DNA of 64,000 nt. It comes from Macrostomum lignano (lineage: Eukaryota). Below the pieces are notes generated by a model, which saw only the letters and a list, made by a program, of their open reading frames with translations, made no database searches and was not told the DNA's origin. Each line of letters begins with the position of its first letter. The first letter of the stretch is position 1. The DNA is taken from the NCBI GenBank assembly GCA_002269645.1, contig NIVC01002890.1, positions 67,604 through 131,603 on the forward strand, read 5' to 3'. Shown piece by piece: positions 49,501 to 60,670 of this stretch. A program made the position numbers and the translations under genes.

Positions 49501-50465
49501 GATTAACACTATCTTACTCGATAAAATCCCACACTAGAGGATTAACACTACTCGATAAAATCCCACACTAGGGGATTAACACTATCTTACTCGATAAAAT
49601 CCCACACTAGGGGATTAACACTACTCGATAAAATCCCACACTAGGGGTTTAACACTACTCGATAAAATCCCACACTAGGGGATTAACACTACTCGATAAA
49701 ATCCCACACTAGAGGATTAACACTACTCGATAAAATCCCACACTAGGGGATTAACACTACTCGATAAAATCCCACACTAGGGGATTAACACTATCTTACT
49801 CGATAAAATCCCACACTAGGGGATTAACACTACTCGATAAAATCCCACACTAGGGGATTAACACTACTCGATAAAATCCCACACTAGGGGATTAACACTA
49901 CTCGATAAAATCCCACACTAGGGGATTAACACTACTCGATAAAATCCCACACTAGGGGATTAACACTACTCGATAAAATCCCACACTAGAGGATTAACAC
50001 TACTCGATAAAATCCCACACTAGGGATCAACACTACTCGATAAAATCCCACACTAGGGATTAACACTACTCGATAAAATCCCACACTAGGGGATTAACAC
50101 TATCTTACTCGATAAAGTCCCACACTAGGGGATTAACACTATCTTACTCGATAAAGTCCCACACTCACTACTCGATAAAATCCCACACTAGGGGATTAAC
50201 ACTACTCGATAAAATCCCACCAGGGGATTAATACCGCAAGGGATAAATACCAGTTCACGACTCCCTATTAAAGGAAAATTGCCTCTCCGCTTAATCCTAT
50301 CCAAAAGGATTCAATATTTCTAATCTAATGATAAACAGAGCACTCAACTCAATAAATGCCTCAGCGCCTCACCTGTTCCAGCTGGCAGCTTCCGCCACCT
50401 CCGCCGAGGCCGCCACGATGACGGCCCTTAAACCGGCGGGCCCTACTAATAGACAGCGGGTTCAT
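40566..50465 (-). CDS. WDR62: WDR62/MAPKBP1-like WD40 scaffold, ~1633 aa; exons 50465-50373, 49125-48842, 47642-47162, 45287-44135, 43456-40566
   Basis: All four introns GT-AG and phase-compatible (0,2,0,1). VSLERVLG, VAYPAGAAIVL, FSHDGRHVATGESG, TVGVRHVRFW, TCGADNTVRLW, ASRDRLVH, TCGTDKS, LVSTGADGCVFVWRL; long Ser/Ala/Pro-rich tail and short helical C-terminus. Confidence 0.92.
43495..44085. repeat. 33-bp minisatellite, ~18 copies, filling WDR62 intron 4
   Basis: Unit GGCAGATTCACAAGGATACTGAGAGAGCGGATA. Confidence 0.95.
45300..47135. repeat. 25-bp minisatellite, ~73 copies, filling WDR62 intron 3
   Basis: Unit GATTATCAGTTGGATAGAGGGCGAT. Confidence 0.97.
47690..48790. repeat. 50-bp minisatellite, ~22 copies, filling WDR62 intron 2
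   Basis: Unit ACACAGCTGAGTGACATTGGATGGTGTGCAACTGAATGGAATTCTATGAT. Confidence 0.97.
49370..50226. repeat. 34-bp minisatellite (39-bp variants), ~24 copies, in WDR62 intron 1
   Basis: Unit CTACTCGATAAAATCCCACACTAGGGGATTAACA; some units carry a 5-nt insert. Confidence 0.95.
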
Positions 50466-50654
50466 ACTTATAAAGTATGCCACCAGATGACACCACGACT
50501 TTGATCGACAGTTGCCGATGCTGACCTCAACTTTGCTACTGAGAGCTGCATGCGGCAATGGAGCGTCGCTGTAATTGCATTTTTAATGTGAATAATTGCT
50601 TATGGCTTCTGCTACAACTGGAATTCGATTTCATCCTGTTGACTTCAAAAGGAG

Positions 50655-52808
50655 AATTGCTGAGATTAATCAATGGGGAATCGCTGAGATTAATCAATGG
50701 GGAATCGCTGAGATTGATCAATGGGGAATTGCTGAGATTAATCAATGGAGAATTGCTGAGATTAATCAATAGGGAATCGCTGAGATTGATCAATGGGGAA
50801 TTGCTGAGATTAATCAATAGGGAATCGCTGAGATTGATCAATGGGGAATTGCTGAGATTGATCAATGGAGAATTGCTGAAATCGATCAATGGGGAATTGC
50901 TGAGATTGATCAATGGAGAATTGCTGAAATTGATCAATGGAGAATCGCTGAAATTGATCAATGGGGAATTGCTGAGATTGATCAATGGGGAATTGCTGAG
51001 ATTGATCAATGGGGAATTGCTGAGATTGATCAATAGAGAATCGCTGAAATTGATCAATGGGGAATCGCTAAGATTGATCAATGGGGAATTGCTGAGATTG
51101 ATCAATGGGGAATTGCTGAGATTGATCCATGGGAAATTGCTGAGATTGATCAATGGGGAATGGCTGAGATTGATCAATGGGGAATTGCTGAGATTAATCA
51201 ATAGGGAATCGCTGAAATTAATCAATGGGGAATTGCTGAGATTGATCAATGGAGAATCGCTGAAATTGATCAATGGGGAATTGCTGAGATTGATCAATGG
51301 CGAATTGCTGAGATTGATCAATGGGGAATTGCTGAGATTGATCAATAGAGAATCGCTGAAATTGATCAATGGGGAATCGCTGAGATTGATCAATGGAGAA
51401 TTGCTGAAATTGATCAATGGAGAATCGCTGAAATTGATCAATGGGGAATTGCTGAGATTGATCAATGGGGAATTGCTGAGATTTATCAATAGGGAATCGC
51501 TGAGATTGATCAATGGGGAATTGCTGAGATTAATCAATAGGGAATCGCTGAGATTGATCAATGGGGAATTGCTGAGATTGATCAATGGAGAATTGCTGAA
51601 ATCGATCAATGGGGAATTGCTGAGATTGATCAATGGAGAATTGCTGAAATTGATCAATGGAGAATCGCTGAAATTGATCAATGGGGAATTGCTGAGATTG
51701 ATCAATGGGGAATTGCTGAAATTGATCAATGGGGAATTGCTGAGATTGATCAATGGGGAATTGCTGAGATTGATCAATAGAGAATCGCTGAAATTGATCA
51801 ATGGGGAATCGCTGAGATTGATCAATGGAAAATTGCTGAGATTGATCAATGGGGAATGGCTGAGATTGATCAATGGAGAATCACTGAAATTGATCAATAG
51901 AGAATTGCGGACAATGATCAATGGAGAATCGCTAAAGTTGATCAATGGGGAATTGCTGAGATTGATCAATGGGGAATCGCTGAGATTGATCAATAGGGAA
52001 TCGCTGAGATTGATCAATGGGGAATTGCTGAGATTAATCAATAGGGAATCGCTGAGATTGATCAATGGGGAATTGCTGAGATTGATCAATGGAGAATTGC
52101 TGAAATCGATCAATGGGGAATTGCTGAGATTGATCAATGGAGAATTGCTGAAATTGATCAATGGAGAATCGCTGAAATTGATCAATGGGGAATTGCTGAG
52201 ATTGATCAATGGCGAATTGCTGAGATTGATCAATGGGGAATTGCTGAGATTGATCAATAGAGAATCGCTGAAATTGATCAATGGGGAATCGCTGAGATTG
52301 ATCAATGGAGAATTGCTGAAATTGATCAATGGAGAATCGCTGAAATTGATCAATGGGGAATTGCTGAGATTGATCAATGGGGAATTGCTGAGATTGATCA
52401 ATAGGGAATCGCTGAGATTGATCAATGGGGAATTGCTGAGATTAATCAATAGGGAATCGCTGAGATTGATCAATGGGGAATTGCTGAGATTGATCAATGG
52501 AGAATCGCTAAAGTTGATCAATGGGGAATTGCTGAGATTGATCAATGGGGAATTGCTGAGATTGATCAATGGGGAATTGCTGAGATTGATCAATAGAGAA
52601 TCGCTGAAATTGATCAATGGGGAATCGCTGAGATTGATCCATGGGAAATTGCTGAGATTGATCAATGGGGAATGGCTGAGATTGATCAATGGAGAATCAC
52701 TGAAATTGATCAATAGAGAATTGCGGACAATGATCAATGGAGAATCGCTAAAGTTGATCAATGGGAAATTGCTGAGATTGATCAATGGGGAATTGCTGAG
52801 ATTGATCA
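50655..52808. repeat. 24-bp minisatellite, ~90 copies, between RPS16 and WDR62
   Basis: Unit GCTGAGATTGATCAATGGGGAATT; block duplications internally. Confidence 0.97.
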
Positions 52809-53043
52809 CAATAAATTTTATCAAACTATCAACCTCAGATCGAAAGTAAAGAGACAAAGCGAAGCATTCAATCCAAGAGCCAGCACAACGCAACAGGGGG
52901 TCAGGGCCACCCTGTTAAACAATACTAGCGTATATTTCAATTACACCACCGATGGAAATCTAGCAGCCTCTCAAACTGTTAATCGCAGTCTCTAACTTTC
53001 ATATGAATCAATAATCCACAAAAGCCGAGCAAAACTGCCGCAA

Positions 53044-53487
53044 TTAGCGGTAGGATTTTTGGTAGCGAGCTCGGGCACCCGGACCGCCGAATTTCTTCGG
53101 CTCGCAACGACGCGGATCCGCAACTAGCAGAGACTTATCATAAGAGATTAGCAGATCCTTGATCTCCTTCTTGCTAGCCTCGTCAACAAATTTCTGATAA
53201 TAAGCTACCAGAGATTTGCTCAGAGCCTGTCTAATAGCGTACACCTGAGCGATCCGGCCGCCACCTTTCACGCGAATCCGGATGTCCACACCTTTGAACT
53301 TGTCCTCGCCAAGTAGCAGCACAGGCTCCTGCAGTTTGTACTGGAGTGCCCGCGGCTCCACCAGCTTCAATGGTCGGCCATTGACGTGGATCAGGCCGCG
53401 GCCGGACTTGCAATGAGCAACGGCTGTGGCCGTCTTCTTGCGGCCGAACACTTGCACCGCCTGTGAGGGATTCGGACGCGTAGCCAT
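53044..53487 (-). CDS. RPS16: 40S ribosomal protein S16 (uS9), 147 aa, intron-free CDS
   Basis: [65 protein letters not shown]. Confidence 0.97.
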   Translation of the reverse strand: MATRPNPSQAVQVFGRKKTATAVAHCKSGRGLIHVNGRPLKLVEPRALQYKLQEPVLLLGEDKFKGVDIRIRVKGGGRIAQVYAIRQALSKSLVAYYQKFVDEASKKEIKDLLISYDKSLLVADPRRCEPKKFGGPGARARYQKSYR

Positions 53488-53551
53488 ACCGCCTCGGTTA
53501 CTGTTGGCATGCAATGATTGACGTGTAGATTATCGTCAAACAGGATTAGAT

Positions 53552-53597
<46 letters not shown>
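53552..53597. repeat. (TCTG)n microsatellite just upstream of RPS16
   Basis: About 11 TCTG units. Confidence 0.95.
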
Positions 53598-54604
53598 ATT
53601 GCCTGTTTGTGCGTCTGTCTAATCCACGTTCAAAACAAATTTCTTGACCGAATTTTTAATCTTTATGTCAAAAGGCGTGAAAGCTTAGTTACTTAGTTAT
53701 TATCTAATTACTATAATACTTGTAGACTATACTTGCTACTTAGCAAGGAAACGCAAGTAGCATACTTAGCAGGCGATCAAATTGATAAATATGTATGTTA
53801 GAAATGTCTGAAGAAGATCATACGTTAAATACCTAGGACATTCGAATTCCAACAGACTCGTCCTATACCTGTCCGAACATAGCAGCAGATGAAAGCCGGA
53901 AGGCAGAGAGAGAGTAGAGATAATTGAAGAAGAATAATCACTGTTGGGATCAGGTTACTAACGTAAAAATCTTTTCCAATAAATGGAATACGATTCTGAC
54001 TAAAGCACTAAGCAAAGGGTTGGTCGATGGCAAAAGGCAACCAGAAAGAAGAAAAGTGAAAGAAAAACGACAGTCCATTAAACAATCGACCCATTAATTT
54101 GCTGCTTTCCATAAACCAAAATAGTGCTTTTTCTAGGTAAATATTTCTGCGCATTCGAACAAGTCACTCGTACAGGTGTGTGCCTGATGAGGTTGGGAGA
54201 TGGGCCAGGGGGGGATGTGCATCTGGGATTTCGCTTCTTCAAGTTTGGTATAAGGCTACACAGCAACTGGGACACAATCAGCGGAAAGTGCGAATATGCC
54301 GCGTGGATTAAAGTGGAACAGGTGGCCGTGGGTGATAAGGGCTAGTAGAGCGATAATTACTATTGAGGAAGCTCGATGCGTGAAGGCAGAAAATATGATT
54401 GGGAGAAAAAAACAGTTGCAAATCAGGAATCCCTAGGACCTTATCAATGTCGCTTGAAGGGGAAAGTAGTGTGCACTAGCTAACTGCACTTCCTGACCCT
54501 CTGGATTTTACAGCAGCTTCACAAGTACAGTCCCAGAGTAGGAGATATGAAAGAGGCGTTCCTGAGGAGTACTGAAGACATTTTTCCGTGGATTTAGGAC
54601 CATT

Positions 54605-55527
54605 CCTAATATGGGATTAGAGGAGATTCTCAGTATGGAATCAGAGGAGATTCTCAATATGGGATCAGAGGGGGGGAGATTTTCAATATGGGATCAGAGG
54701 AGATTCTCAATATGGGATCAGAGAGGGAGATTATGAATGTGATCAGAGAGGGAGATTATTAATATGAGATCAGAGAGGGAGATTCTGAATATGGGATCAG
54801 AGGAGGGGGGAGATTCTCAATATGGGATCAGAGAGGGAGATTATGAATGTGATCAGAGAGGGAGATTCTCAATATGGGATCAGAGAGGGAGATTATTAAT
54901 ATGAGATCAGAGAGGGAGATTCTGAATATGGGATCAGAGGAGGGGGGAGATTCTCAATATGGGATCAGAGAGGGAGATTATGAATGTGATCAGAGAGGGA
55001 GATTCTCAATATGGGATCAGAGGAGATTCTCAATATGGGATCAGAGGAGATTCTCAATATGGGATCAGAGAGGGAGATTCTTAATGTGGGATCACAGAGG
55101 GAGATTATTAATATGAGATCAGAGAGGGAGATTCTGAATATGGGATCAGAGGAGGGGGGAGATTCTCAATATGGGATCAGAGAGGGAGATTATGAATGCG
55201 ATCAGAGAGGGAGATTCTCAATATGGGATCAGAGAGGGAGATTATTAATATGAGATCAGAGAGGGAGATTCTGAATATGGGATCAGAGGAGGGGGGGGGA
55301 GATTCTCAATATGGGATCAGAGAGGGAGATTATGAATGTGATCAGAGAGGGAGATTTTCAATATGGGATCAGAGGAGATTCTCAATATGGGATCAGAGAG
55401 GGAGATTATGAATGTGATCAGAGAGGGAGATTCTCAATATGGGATCAGAGAAGGAGATTCCCAATATGGGATCAGAGAGGGAGATTCTTAATGTGGGATC
55501 AAAAAGGCAGATTCTCAATATGGGATC
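54605..55527. repeat. Degenerate ~23-27 bp minisatellite with higher-order blocks
   Basis: Core ATATGGGATCAGAG(AG)GGAGATT(CTCA). Confidence 0.9.
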
Positions 55528-56377
55528 ACCACAGAGAGTCGCTTTCAGCAATAAATCAGAGAAAAGAGAGAGTGGTATATTAACATGGTTTTTAATTATA
55601 TTATGACTATAATTATATGATATTAAGGTAATAATACTTTACTAAGCAAAACAAATGAATAACAATCCAATTCGACTAGTGAACAAATAGCAACATAAAA
55701 TAGTGTTTTGATGTGTTTATTAAAATAATAAAAAAGTAAAACCAGACAAAAAAACTGGATAAAAAGCATTCACGATTCAGAAAGAAGCACACTTATACAT
55801 ATAATGTAATAACAATATAGCCGAATTCAAATCACAGACTGTCAATACAACTGGATTTACGACAGTAAATACGATAACATCTCTTATTGATGCAGAGGAT
55901 AAAACAGGTCTAATGTTCATACATATCTAGCCCTCAACACTTGGCAACTGTAACCTGATCTGGATGATATGATTCAATAAATAATTTTAGAGACTTCGAT
56001 ATGATATTCAGGACAAATAGAACTTACTTTTAGAATGTGACAAGTTATCTGTGAGGCGAGAGGAACTATTGACACAATAATGGGCTAAACTAGGGGCATG
56101 TGTAAATGACCGATGCGAAGCAAAAATAGAGGTCATAGCATTACAGACAATAACAAGTAAATTGTTCAGCAATTTATGAAATAAAACTGAACAAGAGTAT
56201 TCACATAATGAATTGGCAAAGACAAGCACTAGACAAGCTTTTTTCAATTTTAAAGTGAAAAGCGTACTAAAATACCTCAGACAGACAAATTAATAAGAGC
56301 ACTAGTAGATTACTTGTTCAAAACTAATTGGTCCCTAATTAACCATCTCTGGGCGTTCTTTTTAATCTTTAATAAGG

Positions 56378-56850
56378 TTGTACATTGGGGCAGGAGTGAG
56401 GGCGGTGTACATTCGGGCAGGAGTTGGGGTTGGTTGGTGTACATTGGGGCAGGAGTGTGGGCAGTGTACATTCGGGCAGGAGTTGGGTTGGTTGGTGTAC
56501 ATTGGGGCAGGAGTGAGGGCGGTGTACATTCGGGCAGGAGTGTGGGTTGGTGTACTTTTGGGCAGGAGTGAGGATTGGTGTACATTGGGGCAGGAGTGAG
56601 GGCGGTGTACATTCGGGCAGGAGTGAGGGTTGGTGTACATTGGAGGAGTGAGGGTTGGAGTACATTGGAGGAGTGAGGGTTGGAGTACATTGGAGGAGTG
56701 AGGGTTGGTGTACATTGGAGGAGTGAGGGTTGGTGTACATTGGAGGAGTGAGGGTTGGAGTACATTGGGGCAGGAGTGAGGGTTGGTGTATATTGGGGCA
56801 GAAGTGTGGGTTGGTGTACATTGGGGCAGGAGTGTGGTTCGTATACATTG
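56378..56850. repeat. G-rich ~25-28 bp minisatellite
   Basis: Core GTGTACATTGGGGCAGGAGTGAGGGTTG. Confidence 0.9.
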
Positions 56851-57385
56851 GGCTGTGTAGATTGGGATAGGAAAGATTTTGATGCACATTTAATTAACCT
56901 AGGCTTGGTTAATTAGAAACAATACACATAAGTGTAGTAGTGGGTAGTGGTTATAAACAGCTACTCATTTTAATCAATATTCTCTAAACGCAGAACCAGA
57001 TTCTTTTTTATTCACAATACTGAAGAAGCTAAATAAAACAAAGCTATATTATCTGCTCACACGTATAGCAAAACTAAAAGCAAATTAAAAACAACCAGAA
57101 GACCAAATGGCGAGGCGCAAGCAACACAATATCGAATTTTAAAAGTTAAACAAAAAGCTTAGAAAAGTTGAATTCATATAATAGTATTATTACCAAGTGA
57201 CAAAAATACAAAACAAACTAACGAAAGCCACAAAAAACAATAGACAAACATAGTAACAAAAAAGTATTAAATATGTTTGTATCTTATAAAAACCTCCGGT
57301 ATAGTAAAACAATTTACACTGCATGCTACCTGTTGGTGTATGAATGCTCAGCTTAGATTAAAACACAGCCTGGCTGTTCGCTCAG

Positions 57386-57895
57386 TCATCGGAGCAGTAC
57401 TTTAAACTTTTCCAACTCTTCCATCAGCTGCCGATTCTGAGCAGTGAGCAGTCGAACGCGCGACTCCAAACACTTTATATAGTCTTTCTTCTTCTGTCGG
57501 CAGATTCTGGCCGCTTCTCGATTCTTCTCTAGCCGATTCGCTCGCTTCCTTTTCTGATAATCGGAAGGCTCGCCGGCTCCGATCAGGACAGATGACGATG
57601 TCGACGATGGACCGCCGCTACCGCCGCCGGCGCTGCCTCCAGCTGCATCGCAGCCGGGCACCGGCGTAGAAGAAGACGCCAAAGTTGACGCCGGGAAATT
57701 AAACGCGGGAGCCACCAGCTGATAAGCTGTTGCAGTTTCGCAGCTCGGCTTGCCTTCTCCGCTGGTGCCAATATTAACAAAGGCGCCAATTGGTGCAGTG
57801 AAACTTGGCGCCGCAACTAACGGCGGCAATTGGCAAACCTGTTGACCGGACGATGCCAGCTGGCGCGGCTCCGCGTTTGACTTGCTAGGTGACGG
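57386..57895 (-). CDS. CREB-like: CREB/CREM/ATF1-family bZIP, terminal coding exon (upstream exons not resolved)
   Basis: KRKRANRLEKNREAARICRQKKKDYIKCLESRVRLLTAQNRQLMEELEKFK matches the CREB-type basic region and zipper; acceptor TTTACAG at 57896 gives an open 170-codon exon. Confidence 0.88.
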   Translation of the reverse strand, partial: PSPSKSNAEPRQLASSGQQVCQLPPLVAAPSFTAPIGAFVNIGTSGEGKPSCETATAYQLVAPAFNFPASTLASSSTPVPGCDAAGGSAGGGSGGPSSTSSSVLIGAGEPSDYQKRKRANRLEKNREAARICRQKKKDYIKCLESRVRLLTAQNRQLMEELEKFKVLLR

Positions 57896-57917
57896 CTGTA
57901 AAGTGTGACAATTTGTA

Positions 57918-58110
57918 TTGTAGCCTAGTGGTTAGAGTGTCGGGCTCACAACTTGAAGGTCGGGGGTTCGATTCACGATCTCACCAGGACAATCTGTGTC
58001 CTTGAGCAAGACACATATTTCTGCTAAATTCTGCATAGCTTCAGTGCAGCCAGCTATAAAATGGGTGCCTGCATTAGCCAGGGCTATTGGTGTCTAGCGA
58101 CCCACCAGTC
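57918..58110 (+). mobile_element. tRNA-derived SINE with CORE-like domain (family B)
   Basis: A box GTAGCCTAGTGGTTAGAG, B box GGTTCGATTC, then TGTGTCCTTGAGCAAGACAC ... CAGCTATAAAATGGG resembling the recalled MIR/CORE consensus. Confidence 0.75.
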
Positions 58111-59612
58111 CATTGAACATATACATTAACTAAATTATACATTGATTGCTCTTGCTATTAATGAATAGACAAATTTAATAATTTAGCTGTCAACCATGCT
58201 GCTAAAATAAAACTGAATTGCATTATTGCACTAAATATTGTTTGGGCTACAAAAGTGAAACAGTCCTATAAACAATAGTCTTGACCATAGACAATTGCAT
58301 GGTTTATACAAGTATATATAGCCCCAATTGGAATAGGGTCTAGCAAAAATGTGCCATGGGGTCACTTTCCAAGGTACAAGGCCTACATCAAGGGGTCACC
58401 AAGTGTGTGCTGGGGCCCAAGAGGCATTGCAACAATAAAGGGCCTTTTTGGCATTTTGTATTGCTTTGGCAGTGGTGGCATACTAACAACAAAATAGCAT
58501 TGCTTCGTGAAGGACACTAAATAACTTTTGCCAACTTTTAACATTTTGACATTTGAGGCCATTCTGTGCATGGCCATTTTGATATAGATTCTAAGCACCA
58601 TGCCAAGTATTACACTGAATTGCACTGAACCAGACCAAGTGCTGCCTGATAGAAAATAAGCCACACTGCAGCATCATTTAAAAAATTTGCTAGATTGCTA
58701 TCTGCCATTTAGTAACTTTTTCCAATAGGATATATAGCAAGTTCTTATGTCTTCCTCTCAGTGTGATAAAATACTAGAATGCACATAGATTTAAAAGCAG
58801 CATTTAGGAAAAATTCATGATATAAAAACTTTTAGACAATCAAATATTATTTATATATAGACAGATGATAGATAAATATTAGCACAAACAAAAACTAATT
58901 AACTTTTAATATCTTATAGAGTTGTGTACATAATTATATAAGAAAACAAAGTAGCTCCATTCTTTCATTTTAAGCATTTGTTATTTGCACAGTATCATAT
59001 AAATACTACTGGTATTATTTGCCCATATAGTATAAATAGTGCTAGAATTATTTACATGGTAACTAAAATATCTATTAAATAGTTATCTTATATTTTCATA
59101 ATGGGTTAAAACTAAAAGTAATTAAAACATAGACAATTTATGTGTTTAAAGCTTAGCATTTTTATTATTATTAATTATGCAAGTACAAAGGGGTTTTTAA
59201 AAAAACAAGAATTCTAAACATTTGCCTTCAAAATGATCGATTGCAGTCAAATATAAGTTGACTATAGCTGTAACAATGAGAAATGTTAACAAATGGTTTT
59301 TTTGCAAGATAACTAGCCCTTTAATTTTATAATTTATTTATTAATTATTTTAAATAATTTAAGAACCTACAGACCTAAAAGTAAATTCATTTAATTTAAA
59401 TAAATAAAACAATTAGAAATAGGCCTGGTTATGACATGAAAAACATTCATTTTATTAAAAGGTAGGCTAATAATGTTTAAAATAATTTTAACTAATTATA
59501 TTTTACTCTTTAGGCCTATATTTATAGACTGGAATAAATAATAAAATTGAATTCAACTCTAAGTAAATAGCCCCTTTAAGCAAGTATTAAAAGTTATTAG
59601 CTAGAGCAAAAA

Positions 59613-60670
59613 GGCAATGGCTAGAGTTCCGGCACTGGAACCCATTTTCTAATGCTATGAATCTGGTTCTAGCCGAAGTCATCATATTTGAGATTGTCAT
59701 CTGCGGCTTACGAGAAAAACAACTAAATTATCTAAATCATATCATCTCAATATTAGACAATGCTGCATTCACTAAATCCTCATATTGAGTTGCATTGGCT
59801 GCGCAAGGATCTTAGCTCATGGCGGCAGCGTGTTCTTGTTTGCCAACAAATTAAAACAATTTACAGTGTATAACTTAAGGCTTATTCAATTCAAACTACT
59901 ATCAAATGAGCCATCAAAATCATACAGTCAAATACAAAGGAATCAAATTAAATGAGCCTTTACAAGGAGTTATAAGGAGCTTACAAGGCTTATTGGCTTA
60001 TAAGAAGTTCCCAACAAGCTGTCAATCAAACAGCTAGCTAAAAATACTAACTATGGTCACTCAAAAGATTGTCTTTGCAACCCAGTAAACCTATAGTTCA
60101 AGCTAGATATGGCTCACGTTCCCAAAGAATTCACTGCTGCAGGCATTTCTCTTTGCATAAATTAGTTTTTATATTTGTCATCTCTCTACTGTCTATTATA
60201 TTAGTCTCAGTAGGCCTAGTCATGCAACAATTAGCATAATTAATTGACACAGTTAAATTATAGGTGCATGCAAGGGATTTTTGCCTGAAAGTAGGAAAAT
60301 CCTAAATTAATACACCCTTGCCTTTGGTCAAAGTCGTCATATTTAAATATTTAAGTCTCCCAGATTTGTTCAAGTCATCATCATCATATGACGATTTTGA
60401 ATATGACGATTTTGGCTGCACCCCATGGATCTAGCAGTGGTATTCCAGTAGTGCAATTTATGGGTATAATATAGCAGAAACATTTTACTTTTTTAATGGA
60501 TGGTTGATATTGGGATTTAGTTCAAGATAAGATCAAAACGAAATGATAAGATTTAAAACAAGATACTTCTAATGTTCAAAGACTTAATTAGTAGATAACT
60601 GCCTGCAAAAGACTGCCGGATCCATAGCCATTAGAAAACAGGTTCCAGTGCCGGAACTCTAGCCATTACC
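59613..60670. mobile_element. Non-autonomous TIR element, ~50-bp TIRs beginning GG, 8-bp TSD AGCAAAAA (Merlin-like)
   Basis: GGCAATGGCTAGAGTTCCGGCACTGGAACC ... GGTTCCAGTGCCGGAACTCTAGCCATTACC; TSD at 59605-59612 and 60671-60678. Confidence 0.85.

Noticed and set aside
50536-52893. 763-aa and 785-aa ORFs (LLRLINGE / SPLINLSN) as real proteins
   Set aside because: Simple translations of a 24-bp tandem array with codon-blind variation.
53044-53530. RPS16 as a processed retrocopy
   Set aside because: No poly(A) tract or TSD downstream and the ORF is intact; lack of introns alone is not sufficient.
57918-57995. Standalone tRNA gene
   Set aside because: A/B boxes run straight into a SINE body, and no proper acceptor stem is evident.
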